DNA of 64,000 bases from Candidatus Bathyarchaeia archaeon (GTDB lineage: Archaea; Thermoproteota; Bathyarchaeia; Bathyarchaeales; Bathycorpusculaceae), in NCBI GenBank assembly GCA_037481775.1, contig JBBFKZ010000003.1, positions 81,826 to 145,825 on the forward strand. The letters are read 5' to 3'. Shown here in pieces: positions 9,531 to 18,755 of this stretch. Both the position numbers and the translations under genes were made by a program. The notes under the pieces were generated by a model. That model worked only from the letters and a program-made list of their open reading frames with translations. It was not told the DNA's origin and searched no databases. Position 1 is the first letter of the stretch. Each line of letters begins with the position of its first letter.

Positions 9531-10423
9531 AGGAATCCTCCAATCACTGGCAATAGCGCCTCGATTATCAGCGAAAGCGGAAGCAACATCATGGACATCG
9601 TTATCAGCCGCTCGTATTTTCGCACATTCTCAACTATTGATGCGGAAATCACAAGGCGAATTGAAGAGTAAAGAAGAAGAACACTCCAGAGCAGCATAAG
9701 CGGCAAGTAATACAGGGTGAATTGATTTAGAAGGTAAGGCAGCGGCGTAGACAAACTTGTTACAATAAAGAAGACAGCCGCGACCCTTACAGCGTTGGCA
9801 CTGCCGATTTTCTGAGGAAGCGTTGGATACCTCACCTTGGCGTCGCCCTCTATGCTTAAAACATCCCGGAGGACATTGCCGCCTATTGTGCCAAACGCGA
9901 TGGGATACAAACTTAAAGAGGCAAAAGTTAAAGCACCCGGGCTTATCACATCAGCACCCAAGGTAACGGCTTCACCATATAGGAAGGCGGTTCCAGTTAA
10001 TAGACCAACAAGAATGTTAGCGGCGAAACCTGATTTCCGCTTGATAAATGCAGAGTATATCACAAGCAATATGGAGTCAACTATGAGAATTATGAGGCAG
10101 AGCTTGTTTATTAAAGCGGCAAGGCTGAGACCGAGGACGAAAAAGAGAACCGCAATGGTCACAACTTGCTTAAGCGACAACGCGCCGGACGGAATAGGGC
10201 GTTTTGGTTTAATAACCGCGTCGCTTTCTCTGTCAAAATAGTCATTCAGCGCAAAGCCCGCAGAAGTGATAAACGCCATAGAGAAGAATGTTAACAGCGC
10301 AACTTCTGGGTTAAGAAAGCTTTTGGTTATGGCAAAGGCAGTTAGAAGCGCTAAACCGCCTGTCATCATCCAGTAGGGAATGCGCAAAAGAGCGAAAACA
10401 CCTTTAACAGCAGATGTGGTCAT
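9527..10423 (-). CDS. UbiA-family prenyltransferase, DGGGP-synthase-like
   Basis: NDYFDRESDAVIKPKRPIPSG and RDVLSIEGD motifs; multi-TM. Confidence 0.85.
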   Translation of the reverse strand: MTTSAVKGVFALLRIPYWMMTGGLALLTAFAITKSFLNPEVALLTFFSMAFITSAGFALNDYFDRESDAVIKPKRPIPSGALSLKQVVTIAVLFFVLGLSLAALINKLCLIILIVDSILLVIYSAFIKRKSGFAANILVGLLTGTAFLYGEAVTLGADVISPGALTFASLSLYPIAFGTIGGNVLRDVLSIEGDAKVRYPTLPQKIGSANAVRVAAVFFIVTSLSTPLPYLLNQFTLYYLPLMLLWSVLLLYSSIRLVISASIVENVRKYERLITMSMMLLPLSLIIEALLPVIGGFL

Positions 10424-11355
10424 GCGAACATTCTCCTTTCCAAGATGAGCTCTCTCAAATTATCTTCAAGGCTTATTTTCGGCTGCCAGCCTAAGACCTT
10501 CTTCACCTTGCCTATGTCAAACCAGATAGTGTTTATGTCGCCTTTCCAAGGAACATTAGTAGTAGTTATAACCGTTTTATTAGATAAACCGAGAATTTTC
10601 AGGATCATCTTAGCAAGGTCTATTATCTTTATTGTTCTACCATAACCAATGTTGAAGGTTTCTCCTATTGCCGCGTCGCTTGTAGCCGCAAGAAACAGCG
10701 CGTCCACCACATCGAAGACATGGACAAAATCGCGGGACTGCAGACCGCTACCAATTATTTCCAGTTTCTCCGGGTTTCTGCTAATTTTATTCAAAAAGTC
10801 CTCTATGACACCATGGCATCTTGGACCATAAACATTAGCTAAACGTAGAATAGTGATGTCTAGGCCATACTGCTTTGAATACATATTACAGTACTGCTCA
10901 CCAACCACTTTAGACAAGCCATAACAGGAGGCTGGGCTGTAACCGTAGCTTTCAGGCGTCGGCAACACAGGAGTATTACCGTAAACTGCCGCGCTTGAAG
11001 TGAAAACTACTCTTGCATCGTCTTTCCGCGCTTTTTCCAGCACATTTAACGTGCCCCGCGCGTTTGTTTCAAAATCTTCTATGGGGTTCTCCATTGAGTA
11101 AGGAACAACAACTTGAGCGGCTAAATGGAAAATTACATCAGCTTTCTCTTGAGATTGAAGCTTCTTTAAATCGCGTATATCCGCCTTCACAAAGCGCACC
11201 TGCGGAACATGCTTGACGTTCTCCACTTTCCCGCTTGACAAGTTATCGTAAATTGTTAGGCTGCTGGTTAATTCGGATAATTTCTTGCAGAGGTGAAAAC
11301 CTATAAAACCGGCGCCGCCGGTTACAAGTATTCTCGCTTCATTCAGTTTACCCAT
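10420..11355 (-). CDS. NAD-dependent sugar-nucleotide epimerase/dehydratase
   Basis: VTGGAGFIG, SSAAVYG, YGLSK, NVYGP. Confidence 0.9.
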   Translation of the reverse strand: MGKLNEARILVTGGAGFIGFHLCKKLSELTSSLTIYDNLSSGKVENVKHVPQVRFVKADIRDLKKLQSQEKADVIFHLAAQVVVPYSMENPIEDFETNARGTLNVLEKARKDDARVVFTSSAAVYGNTPVLPTPESYGYSPASCYGLSKVVGEQYCNMYSKQYGLDITILRLANVYGPRCHGVIEDFLNKISRNPEKLEIIGSGLQSRDFVHVFDVVDALFLAATSDAAIGETFNIGYGRTIKIIDLAKMILKILGLSNKTVITTTNVPWKGDINTIWFDIGKVKKVLGWQPKISLEDNLRELILERRMFA

Positions 11356-11403
11356 GAAATTCACGACAAAGTCTATATCTTTATTTGGCTCCGTGTAGGC
11401 TAT

Positions 11404-12207
11404 ATGTCGAAGATGAAAGCTATAAAAACTTTTAGGGATTTACTTGCTTTCCTAACAATAATTCCATTAGGCAAAACTGACGATTTTGTGGTAACCTCCG
11501 CTGAAGCCATGTTCCTATTCCCCGTAATAGGCGGATTTATAGGCCTGCTGGCTGCTGCCTACTTTACCGGCTGCAGCTTCCTAATCACGCATATCTTCTC
11601 GTTTATCAGCTCACTCAGCCAATTTCCCACGGAACTCCTGACTCAGATTCTTCCCGCTGTTATGACGCTGGCGCTTATTCTTGTTTTAACCGGGCTTCAA
11701 CATTTCGATGGGCTAGTAGACTTGGGCAACGCGGTAGGCGTCGGCGGCATAAAAGAGAGAAGAGCCGCGGCGCACGTGTGGACTGTAACGTATAAAGGTG
11801 CCTTATTAGCGATTTTTGTTGAGTTTTTGGCTGTCTTAGGACTGTTTTTAATGAAGGCAGAATCCGCGTTTGGCGTGATAATTGCAGCTGAGGTGGCAGC
11901 CAAGCTAGGTATGGTCACAATTGCTTGCCTAGGAAAATCGACACATAGCGGTTTAGGCGCCCTTTTTGTTGAAGCAGCAAAGCGTAAGCGTAACTTGGCG
12001 GCTTACTTTCTCGCAATCTTGATTGTTTATCCACTTTTAGGTTGGCTGGGCTTTTTGGCGATTTTTGTAAGTGTTCTTTTAGGCGCCTTCATGTGCGGCG
12101 TAGCCCATAACGTTTTCGGCGGCGTTTCCGGCGACGCCATAGGAGCAACAAACGAGATCACTAGAGCAACGGTTTTATTGCTTATAGCATGGGTGCTGAT
12201 GTCATGA
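11404..12207 (+). CDS. cobS: Adenosylcobinamide-GDP ribazoletransferase
   Basis: FLTIIP, TGLQHFDGLVD, FGGVSGDAIGA; start moved to ATG 11404. Confidence 0.9.
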   Translation: MSKMKAIKTFRDLLAFLTIIPLGKTDDFVVTSAEAMFLFPVIGGFIGLLAAAYFTGCSFLITHIFSFISSLSQFPTELLTQILPAVMTLALILVLTGLQHFDGLVDLGNAVGVGGIKERRAAAHVWTVTYKGALLAIFVEFLAVLGLFLMKAESAFGVIIAAEVAAKLGMVTIACLGKSTHSGLGALFVEAAKRKRNLAAYFLAILIVYPLLGWLGFLAIFVSVLLGAFMCGVAHNVFGGVSGDAIGATNEITRATVLLLIAWVLMS

Positions 12208-12824
12208 AGATTCCTGCGTTGATAATGGCTGGTGGTAAAGGCAAAAGAATGGGATCGAAAGTTGAGAAGCCAATGTTGCCTTTCTTCGGCAAACCACTAA
12301 TCGATTGGGTCGCAGAAGCAGTGGCGTCGGCGGCGAAAGTTTCAGAATTTTACGTGGTCACGAGCACCAATACGCCGGAAACAGAAAGGCACTGTAAAAC
12401 CAAGGGCTGGCGTGTTCTGCGAACCGACGCTATGGGTTATCATGAAGATTTGAAGCAGGCTGTTCGCGCTGCCGGCCTAGAGGGAGCGGTGCTTACTCTG
12501 CCCGCGGATCTGCCAGCGTTAACTGGAAAGTTTCTGGACAAGGTTATAAGTGAATTTGAGACATGTGGCAAAGATTTTTTGGCGGTTTTTGTACCCATAG
12601 AAACGCGTGAATCACTGGGGCTTTCAGTTTCATCCATAGACGAACATAAGGGTGTTTGGTACGCTGTTGCCGGCGTCAACATTGTGAACGGCTCGAAGAT
12701 TCAGGGAGAAGGAAAAATTGAGACAAGCGCCATAATAACCGAGGAAGTTGAGGTTCTCTTAAACATTAACACGCTGAATGATCTGGAAATCGCGGAAAAA
12801 ATCATACAAAACATGAAGAGATAA
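12204..12824 (+). CDS. cobY: Adenosylcobinamide-phosphate guanylyltransferase
   Basis: MAGGKGKRM..EKP, PADLP, NINT; ATGA overlap with cobS. Confidence 0.8.
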   Translation: MKIPALIMAGGKGKRMGSKVEKPMLPFFGKPLIDWVAEAVASAAKVSEFYVVTSTNTPETERHCKTKGWRVLRTDAMGYHEDLKQAVRAAGLEGAVLTLPADLPALTGKFLDKVISEFETCGKDFLAVFVPIETRESLGLSVSSIDEHKGVWYAVAGVNIVNGSKIQGEGKIETSAIITEEVEVLLNINTLNDLEIAEKIIQNMKR

Positions 12825-12983
12825 GCGATAACGCGGCAGTGCAAAATTAAGCGAGAAATGGTTTTCGCGTGGAGCAGCGCTGTGGCGTGCTGACTGCAGT
12901 TTTCCATTAGAAACATGCATTAGCCTTGGAAGGTTTTATATAAGGCAACCGTCCGAGCAATGGAGAAAAGGAGTTGGAGCAAA

Positions 12984-13097
12984 ATGGTTAGTGCATCAAT
13001 GTTGGTTTTGCTTGGTGCAGGTTCATCTTCGCTGCTTGTAGCATTTATTGAGTACGCTTATCAGCGTAGAAAGAGAAAGCAGGCTGGGCTGGCTTAG
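12984..13097 (+). CDS. 37-aa single-TM small protein (below the ORF-track cutoff)
   Basis: MVSASMLVLLGAGSSSLLVAFIEYAYQRRKRKQAGLA; TTTTATATA at 12934-12942 and AAGGAG/GGAG upstream. Confidence 0.5.
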   Translation: MVSASMLVLLGAGSSSLLVAFIEYAYQRRKRKQAGLA

Positions 13098-13105
13098 GCA
13101 AGCTT

Positions 13106-14547
13106 TCAGGCTGGCGGTTTTCTCCAGAATAGGTAGATTTTGGTTTGGGCTGTGAAGCTTAGGCGCTTAAGCGTTAGCGCTAGGTCGTCTATGCTCATGG
13201 TGGAGATTTTCGCTAGGAATTCTTCGTGCTTTGGGTAGACGCTTTTTAGTTTGGCTAGGCGTCTGCGTATGGTGGCGTCGCGTTGGGATAGCGTTTCAAG
13301 CACTGTAAGAATCTTGTTACAGCCTATTTGGTTGATTTTTTGTTTGCAGTATTCGGTGTTGGTGAGCAGCGGAGTGTCGAAGCCGAGTTTTTGCAGTTGT
13401 GTTAGCGCGTTTGTTATGTGAGGGCGGGGTTTGCTTTCGGCTATGCGTTGCATGCCGGCTTTTTCGAAGAATGGGTTGTAGCGTGCCATTACGGCGACTG
13501 TTTCTACGCAGGGTGTTCCTGCTTGTGTGAGGGTTTCGGCGACGAGTTTGGCGCCTAGGCCTATGCTGCGGTATTTTGGGTGTATTATTACTCGGCTGAT
13601 GGTGCTGATTTCCCGTTGTAACTGTGTGAGTGTGCCTTTCCATGCTTTGCTGCGTCCGAAGCATGTTGGCGGCGGGTAGCTGTAGACGATTACGCCGATT
13701 GTTTCGTTTTTTCGTTTGAGAAGATTTTTAGGTGTGGTGGCAGGTGTGCGGTGCGGTAGTGGAATTGGCTGAGTGCTTTGTAGTCGTCTATTGTGCCCTG
13801 TGTGATGCGTGTTTGTCTTGTTAGGCTGCAGCTTTGGGCTTTTGCGTGTGGGTTGTAGCTTATGTGGATTTCTTTTCCGTAGCGTTTATGGATGTGTACG
13901 TTTGGTGCTAAGTCAGTTTTGATGTCGATGTGTGTGGTTGCTGCGATTACAGCTTTGCCGAGTGTGCGTGCGAGTTTTTGGAGGTTGTAGGCGATGATTT
14001 TGGCGGTGTCGCGGTCCAGTGTGCTGGTGAATTCGTCTATTATCCACCATTGTGCTGGTGTTTCTGCGAGGCGTGCGATTTGGTAGCGGTGTTTTTGGCC
14101 GTCGCTAAGTTGCGTGTATGTGCGGAGGAAGAGGAAGGCGTCGTTTAGGCCGACTTTGCTGAGGAGTTCTAGGGCTTCTTGTGTGTTTGCACCTATGGTG
14201 TCGATTATGGGTGTGTTTTTGTCGAATTGGAGGTCGCGTGTGTCCTGTGCTGCTGTGCCGAGGTCGGTTTTGATGGCTTGGAGTAGGGCGCTTTTGCCGC
14301 TGCCGCTGTCGCCTGTGATGAGGACGATGTCGGTTGGGCGTATGCGTATGCGGGTGTTGTCGTATATTGTGAAGTGCTGTGTGTTGTCGGCGCCGAGTCC
14401 GAAGGCTTCTGCGACGGCGCATGTGCGTTGTGTTTGTGTGGCGGGTGCGGTTTCGTAGGTGATGGTGTAGGTGAATGTGTTGGTTTTGCGGTTGTAGGTT
14501 CGTTTGAGTGCTTGGATGCGGAAGTGCTCTGGTTTGCGCCGTGTCAT
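13106..14547 (-). pseudogene. ABC-type ATPase fused to GNAT/Mom-like acetyltransferase (COG2401-like), frameshifted near 13720
   Basis: GDSGSGKS, LSDGQ, IIDEF, ATTH; after the shift the frame reads GVIVYSYPP...ISRVIIHPKYRSIGLGAKLV...MARYNPFFEKAGM. Confidence 0.8.
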
Positions 14548-15979
14548 CTGGTTGTGCCTTCTGTTTTGTGGCGGTTTAGTCTTTGTCGTAGCTTGTTGAG
14601 GCTTGTTTTGCCCTTGCTTGTTTTGGAGATTACCCAAAGTTGCGGTTGTGGCGGGGTGCGTGCGGCGTAGACGGCGAGTGCGAGAGCCCAGAAGCGGTCG
14701 TCGTGTGTGCCTGGTGGGTGTGAGAGTAGGATTTTGCCGTCTTTGGTGAGCGTGTAGCGTTCAGTGTTTAGTTCGGCGATTAGGTTGCTGTCGTATGGTA
14801 TGCGTAGGCGTTTTTCGGTCATTGTTTGCCGGAGCCATTGGGCCATTTCCTGTTTTGTTTGTTGGGTGAATTTTGCGGCTTCTGTGTTTGTTAGGCCTGT
14901 GTTGGTCATGTCTTCAGTTATGTAGTCGCCTACGCCGCTGCTGTCGGTGAGGATTTTGTGGATTTTTTGCCATCGGTCGTTTATGGTTTTGACGTAGCCG
15001 ATGACGCTTGCGTATGGTGTGTTTAGTGGGAAGCGATGCATGTGTGTTAGTTTTAGTGTGTTGTTTTCTGTTTTTATTATGGCGAGGACGCTGTGGTCTT
15101 GGTGTTTGCCGAGGTCTAGTCCGGCGTAGAAGTCGCCTGTTTGTGTTTCTTCGAATTGGGCGTACTCCAGTGTGGAGTCGATGCATTGGGTGATTAGTGC
15201 TTGGGGGAGCCAGACGTTTTCGTTTTCTGCCCATTGGGCTTCCATTTCGCGTTGCCAGCGGGCGGGGTCGCCTTCGAGTTGGCGTTTTATGCGGGTGAGT
15301 ATTTGCGGTTTTAGTGGTCCGGCGGGTTCTAGTGCTTGTTGCCATGTTACGTGTGTTTTGGCGTAGTCGGCGTATGTGGGGTCGTGGAAGATTTTGTAGA
15401 AAATATGCTGTTTGTGTGCCATGGTGTGCTGGTGCAGATGAATTTGCCGTTTGTTGTGCCGAGCGTGAAGAGCATGGCGTCGTAGAGTTCTTCGCCGTTT
15501 GGGATGAAGTTGAATTCGTCGGCGTAGACGATGTGGAGTTTGGGTCCGCGTATGGTTTCGGGGTTGTTTGGGTATGCTTCGATGGTGCTGCCGTTGTTGA
15601 GTGCGACGGTGGTTTTCTGTGGTTTTTTGTAGGCGTTTCGTGGGAGCTTGGTGAGGAAGCTGTTGATGTGTTTGATGATGAGTTTGGTTTGTCTCCAGCT
15701 TGGTCCGACTATGCCGATGTTTACGTTTGGGTTTGTAAGCGCGTAGTGGAGGAGTAGGGCGCTTATGATGTGGCTTTTTCCTGTTTGTCTTGCCCAGCGG
15801 GCGGCTATGAATTGGCTGTTTTGGAATTGGCGTATGAGTTCGGCTTGGTAGGTGGTGGGTGTGAAGCCGAGGGTTTCGGTGCAGAACTGAAGTGGGTCTG
15901 CGGGGACGGCGAATTTTTTCATTTGGGCGGTTTTCTGTTTGAGCTGCCGGAGTTCTCTTTCCAGCGTTGTGAGGGTCAT
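14544..15979 (-). pseudogene. terL: Terminase large subunit, frameshifted near 15400
   Basis: ARQTGKS Walker A, VYADE Walker B and STP (15347-15979); nuclease GLDLG, DSSGVG, HDDRFWALAL (14544-15422). Confidence 0.85.
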
Positions 15980-16326
15980 TGTTTTTCGAGTTCTCCTATG
16001 GTTTTGCGGAGTTGTTCGAGTTCGGTTTTGATTTGGGTGATGTCGTAGGTTTTGCTGATGCTGTTGATGACTTGGCTGATGTAGGCGGATAGGCGCACCC
16101 AGTTTTGGCGTTCTGCTGGTTTTTTGCCTCCTGTTTCGAGAGCTTGTTCTGTTGCTATTTCGAGGAGGCTTCGGAGTTCTTGAATGAGTTGGCTGCGAAT
16201 TCGTTGGGTGTCGCCGTCGAATTTTTCGGTGAGGTCGGTTATTCTTTTCTGTAAAAAGCGTTTATGACGGGGAGATTCTCCTCTCCCTCTATAGGTTTTC
16301 TGCATAGATTGGCTATTAGGCTCCAA
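15976..16326 (-). CDS. Helical protein, candidate terminase small subunit
   Basis: Directly upstream of terL with ATGA overlap; TTG start after GGAGG; positional inference only. Confidence 0.45.
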   Translation of the reverse strand: MEPNSQSMQKTYRGRGESPRHKRFLQKRITDLTEKFDGDTQRIRSQLIQELRSLLEIATEQALETGGKKPAERQNWVRLSAYISQVINSISKTYDITQIKTELEQLRKTIGELEKQ

Positions 16327-16343
16327 ATATGTTCGCCTCCGGG

Positions 16344-16595
16344 CTATGTTTTCTGCGCGATTAGTATGCCTGTGATTGTGCCTGCCAAGCCTGTGATGGC
16401 CGCGAAGACTTCGCTGTTCCATGCGCCTAAGAGCGCGAGGTGCGCGATTTCTATGGCTGTTAGGCTGAAGGTTAGGGCGATGGCGAATTTTACGCTGAGC
16501 ACTAGGCGCTCGCTGGGCTCCGCTTCCGCTGCTGCTTGCGTGGCTGTCTTGTCGGTGGTTTTCCGCGTCAAAGCCCGCTTAATCCAGTCAGTCAT
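16344..16595 (-). CDS. Small two-TM protein of the viral cassette
   Basis: Two hydrophobic segments; overlaps the upstream gene. Confidence 0.6.
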   Translation of the reverse strand: MTDWIKRALTRKTTDKTATQAAAEAEPSERLVLSVKFAIALTFSLTAIEIAHLALLGAWNSEVFAAITGLAGTITGILIAQKT

Positions 16596-16989
16596 GGTTT
16601 CTCACCCTCTGCTGCCGCAGGCAGCGGCCTAAGCTGGGCTTTTTGTTTTTGGCTTTCTCGTTGATTAGGAAGCTGTTCAGCAGCTGCTTCGCCTCCTCGG
16701 CTGCAACATGCGCCTTGGCTAAGACGGTGACGCCTGTGGCCCACGGCACCGGCACCGCCGTGTAGTCAATGTCATATAAGCCATCGCTGTAGCGAAAGCA
16801 ATTCTGCGCTAATATTATGTGCTTGCGCTTCTGCCCCAGCACGCCGACGAAGACGCCCCAGCTCTTGACGGGCACGTCTATGCCGCTGACGCCATTGCTT
16901 AAGCTCTTGCCGATGCTGGCGTCATGCCACTCTAACATGACAAGGTCGCCAGCGCTTAAGCCCTTAATCTGGTTGAGGACTTCCTTCAT
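16588..16989 (-). CDS. Hypothetical beta-rich (SH3-like) viral protein
   Basis: GDLVMLEWHDAS...SWGVFVG pattern resembling small phage VxWxDA proteins. Confidence 0.6.
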   Translation of the reverse strand: MKEVLNQIKGLSAGDLVMLEWHDASIGKSLSNGVSGIDVPVKSWGVFVGVLGQKRKHIILAQNCFRYSDGLYDIDYTAVPVPWATGVTVLAKAHVAAEEAKQLLNSFLINEKAKNKKPSLGRCLRQQRVRNHD

Positions 16990-17040
16990 GTGTTATTATC
17001 AAAAGAAAACGCGATCAATCGCAAATATAAAGACTCGCTA

Positions 17041-17060
17041 AATTTACCAATTGGTAAATT
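17041..17060. repeat. Perfect 20-bp palindrome AATTTACCAATTGGTAAATT
   Basis: Read directly; lies in the divergent intergenic region about 50 nt upstream of the viral cassette. Confidence 0.9.
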
Positions 17061-17209
17061 CACACATTTACAAAAGGCAAATGAGTAGTTTGAGCAAAAT
17101 CAGCATCTCTATGTAGCAAATATGAGATTTGAAATTTGAATAAAATAAAGTTTAAACGAAATACCAAAGTATATATTGCTATTTGATGAAATTAATAAAT
17201 TGACAGAAC

Positions 17210-17560
17210 ATGACGTTATTTGAAGTGATGGCTGCCTTATCCGCAACATTTGCCTTAGGTATTCCGACATTTATGGAAAAAGTCATGCGTCCCAAATACG
17301 AAGAACGCTTTTCGGAGTTCAGAGAGGCGAGAAGAGATTCATTCATAGATGAATTTGAAAAAGCATTACCTCAATTGAAACAGGCCAAACAAGAACTAAC
17401 CCCTGAGATAATAGAGACGATGGAATCATTGTTTAATGAATGGGAAGAAGTTAAGTCGGATGAAAACAAACTTACGGTTTTACTCAATTGTAGAAAGTTT
17501 TTCTTTATCTTTTGGTTAGTGTCTTGTGCCACGTCATTATTTGCGATTCAATATTCGAAC
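17210..17560 (+). pseudogene. 3'-truncated AT-rich membrane protein gene (reads through to 17728)
   Basis: Composition and protein character change abruptly near 17560. Confidence 0.5.
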
Positions 17561-17722
17561 CGCAGCGGACGCGTCAACATACGTCTCATCAGGACCAGAA
17601 ACCACACTCAAAACCAAACGCATCTTATCTTTCAATTCGGAATGCAGAAAAACAAGGTGCTCCCACCGCTCTTCATTCAGAGTCACCTCAGTGTCATCGA
17701 AAACCACAACCAGCATCAGCAA
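17537..17722 (-). pseudogene. Truncated RelE/BECR-fold toxin-like gene
   Basis: VTLNEERWEHLVFLHSELKD...PDETY resembles the N-terminal half of PBECR/RelE-like RNases; C-terminal half absent. Confidence 0.45.
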
Positions 17723-17928
17723 CCTTAAACATTAGACCCCTCAATCAACCTATAAAACTAACTCAAAATATGCCTGACACCTCTTCAAAACTCCCCCAAG
17801 CCACACACCCAATAACTTTTCACCGATGCCAACAGCGATGACGCCTAGACCAATCCAGCCATTCCCGCAGCTTCGCCAAAAACTTATATCCCCTCTGTGC
17901 TCATACCAATGGCTAAGGAAATGAGAAA

Positions 17929-18249
17929 ATGAAAGGAGCCATAGTTTTTCTAGCAGTCTTCGCCATAGCAGTCATAATAACCATTGGAAACACGGCAATA
18001 CCCCCGGGAAAAGCAATCTACGACGCCCTCTTACCAAACACTGAAGCAGCCTCAGGCTACCTCGTCGGCGGCCAAGTAGACGCTATAACACTGATAATCG
18101 CAGTTTTTAACGGCGTAATATACGGCTTCATCGCCTGGCTAATATTCACCATAATAAACGCAGTATTCAAAAAAGACAAAAAACAAACCGTCCAGCAAGT
18201 AGTAAACGTCAACATCAGCGACAAAGACAAAAATGCCACCGTAAAATAG
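17929..18249 (+). CDS. Hypothetical two-TM membrane protein
   Basis: Clean ORF with two hydrophobic helices. Confidence 0.7.
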   Translation: MKGAIVFLAVFAIAVIITIGNTAIPPGKAIYDALLPNTEAASGYLVGGQVDAITLIIAVFNGVIYGFIAWLIFTIINAVFKKDKKQTVQQVVNVNISDKDKNATVK

Positions 18250-18453
18250 CGCACACCACACACAAAACGCATACAAAATACCTATGCTCTACATTTTTTC
18301 ACTTAAACCCTTAACAAGCTACACGCCAACAGCACCCTACACAAGCAAAAGCAGTTTTCACTCATCAAACCTCCAGCACAAGACCCGTTAAAACTTGAAA
18401 ACGGGAATGTTTTTATGGCTTCACGCAACTAACAAGCATGGTGAAAACAAAAA

Positions 18454-18684
18454 ATGAACACACCACTTGAAAAGAAAGTACAAGCAGCCCTCGCCGAAAT
18501 AAAACCGCAAATCCAAGCAGACGGCGGAGACATCGACCTCGTCGCCGTGGAAAACGACACCGTAAAAGTCCGCCTACGAGGCGCATGCGCAGGCTGCCCC
18601 ATGTCTATGCTAACGCTCAAACAAGGCGTGGAACGCATAATCAAACAGAAAGTTCCCGAAATAAAACGCGTCGAAGCAGTCTAA
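18454..18684 (+). CDS. NifU/Nfu-domain Fe-S scaffold
   Basis: DGGDI...LRGACAGCPMS..TLKQGVE. Confidence 0.9.
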   Translation: MNTPLEKKVQAALAEIKPQIQADGGDIDLVAVENDTVKVRLRGACAGCPMSMLTLKQGVERIIKQKVPEIKRVEAV

Positions 18685-18755
18685 CCGCCAAACAGCCCTG
18701 CCAAACAGAACCAAGTTTTCTCCTTTTAACGGCGTCCGAAGCCGAAGGCATCAAG

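Larger units (their letters stand above)
13106..16989 (-). mobile_element. Remnant of a provirus-like DNA-packaging cassette
   Basis: Five tightly spaced co-directional genes including a terminase; no capsid, portal or integrase visible. Confidence 0.7.

Noticed and set aside
13317-16048. Many long overlapping alternative-frame ORFs (also at 18585-19250 and 59477-59995)
   Set aside because: Skewed composition depletes stop codons; the products are low-complexity and shadow real genes.
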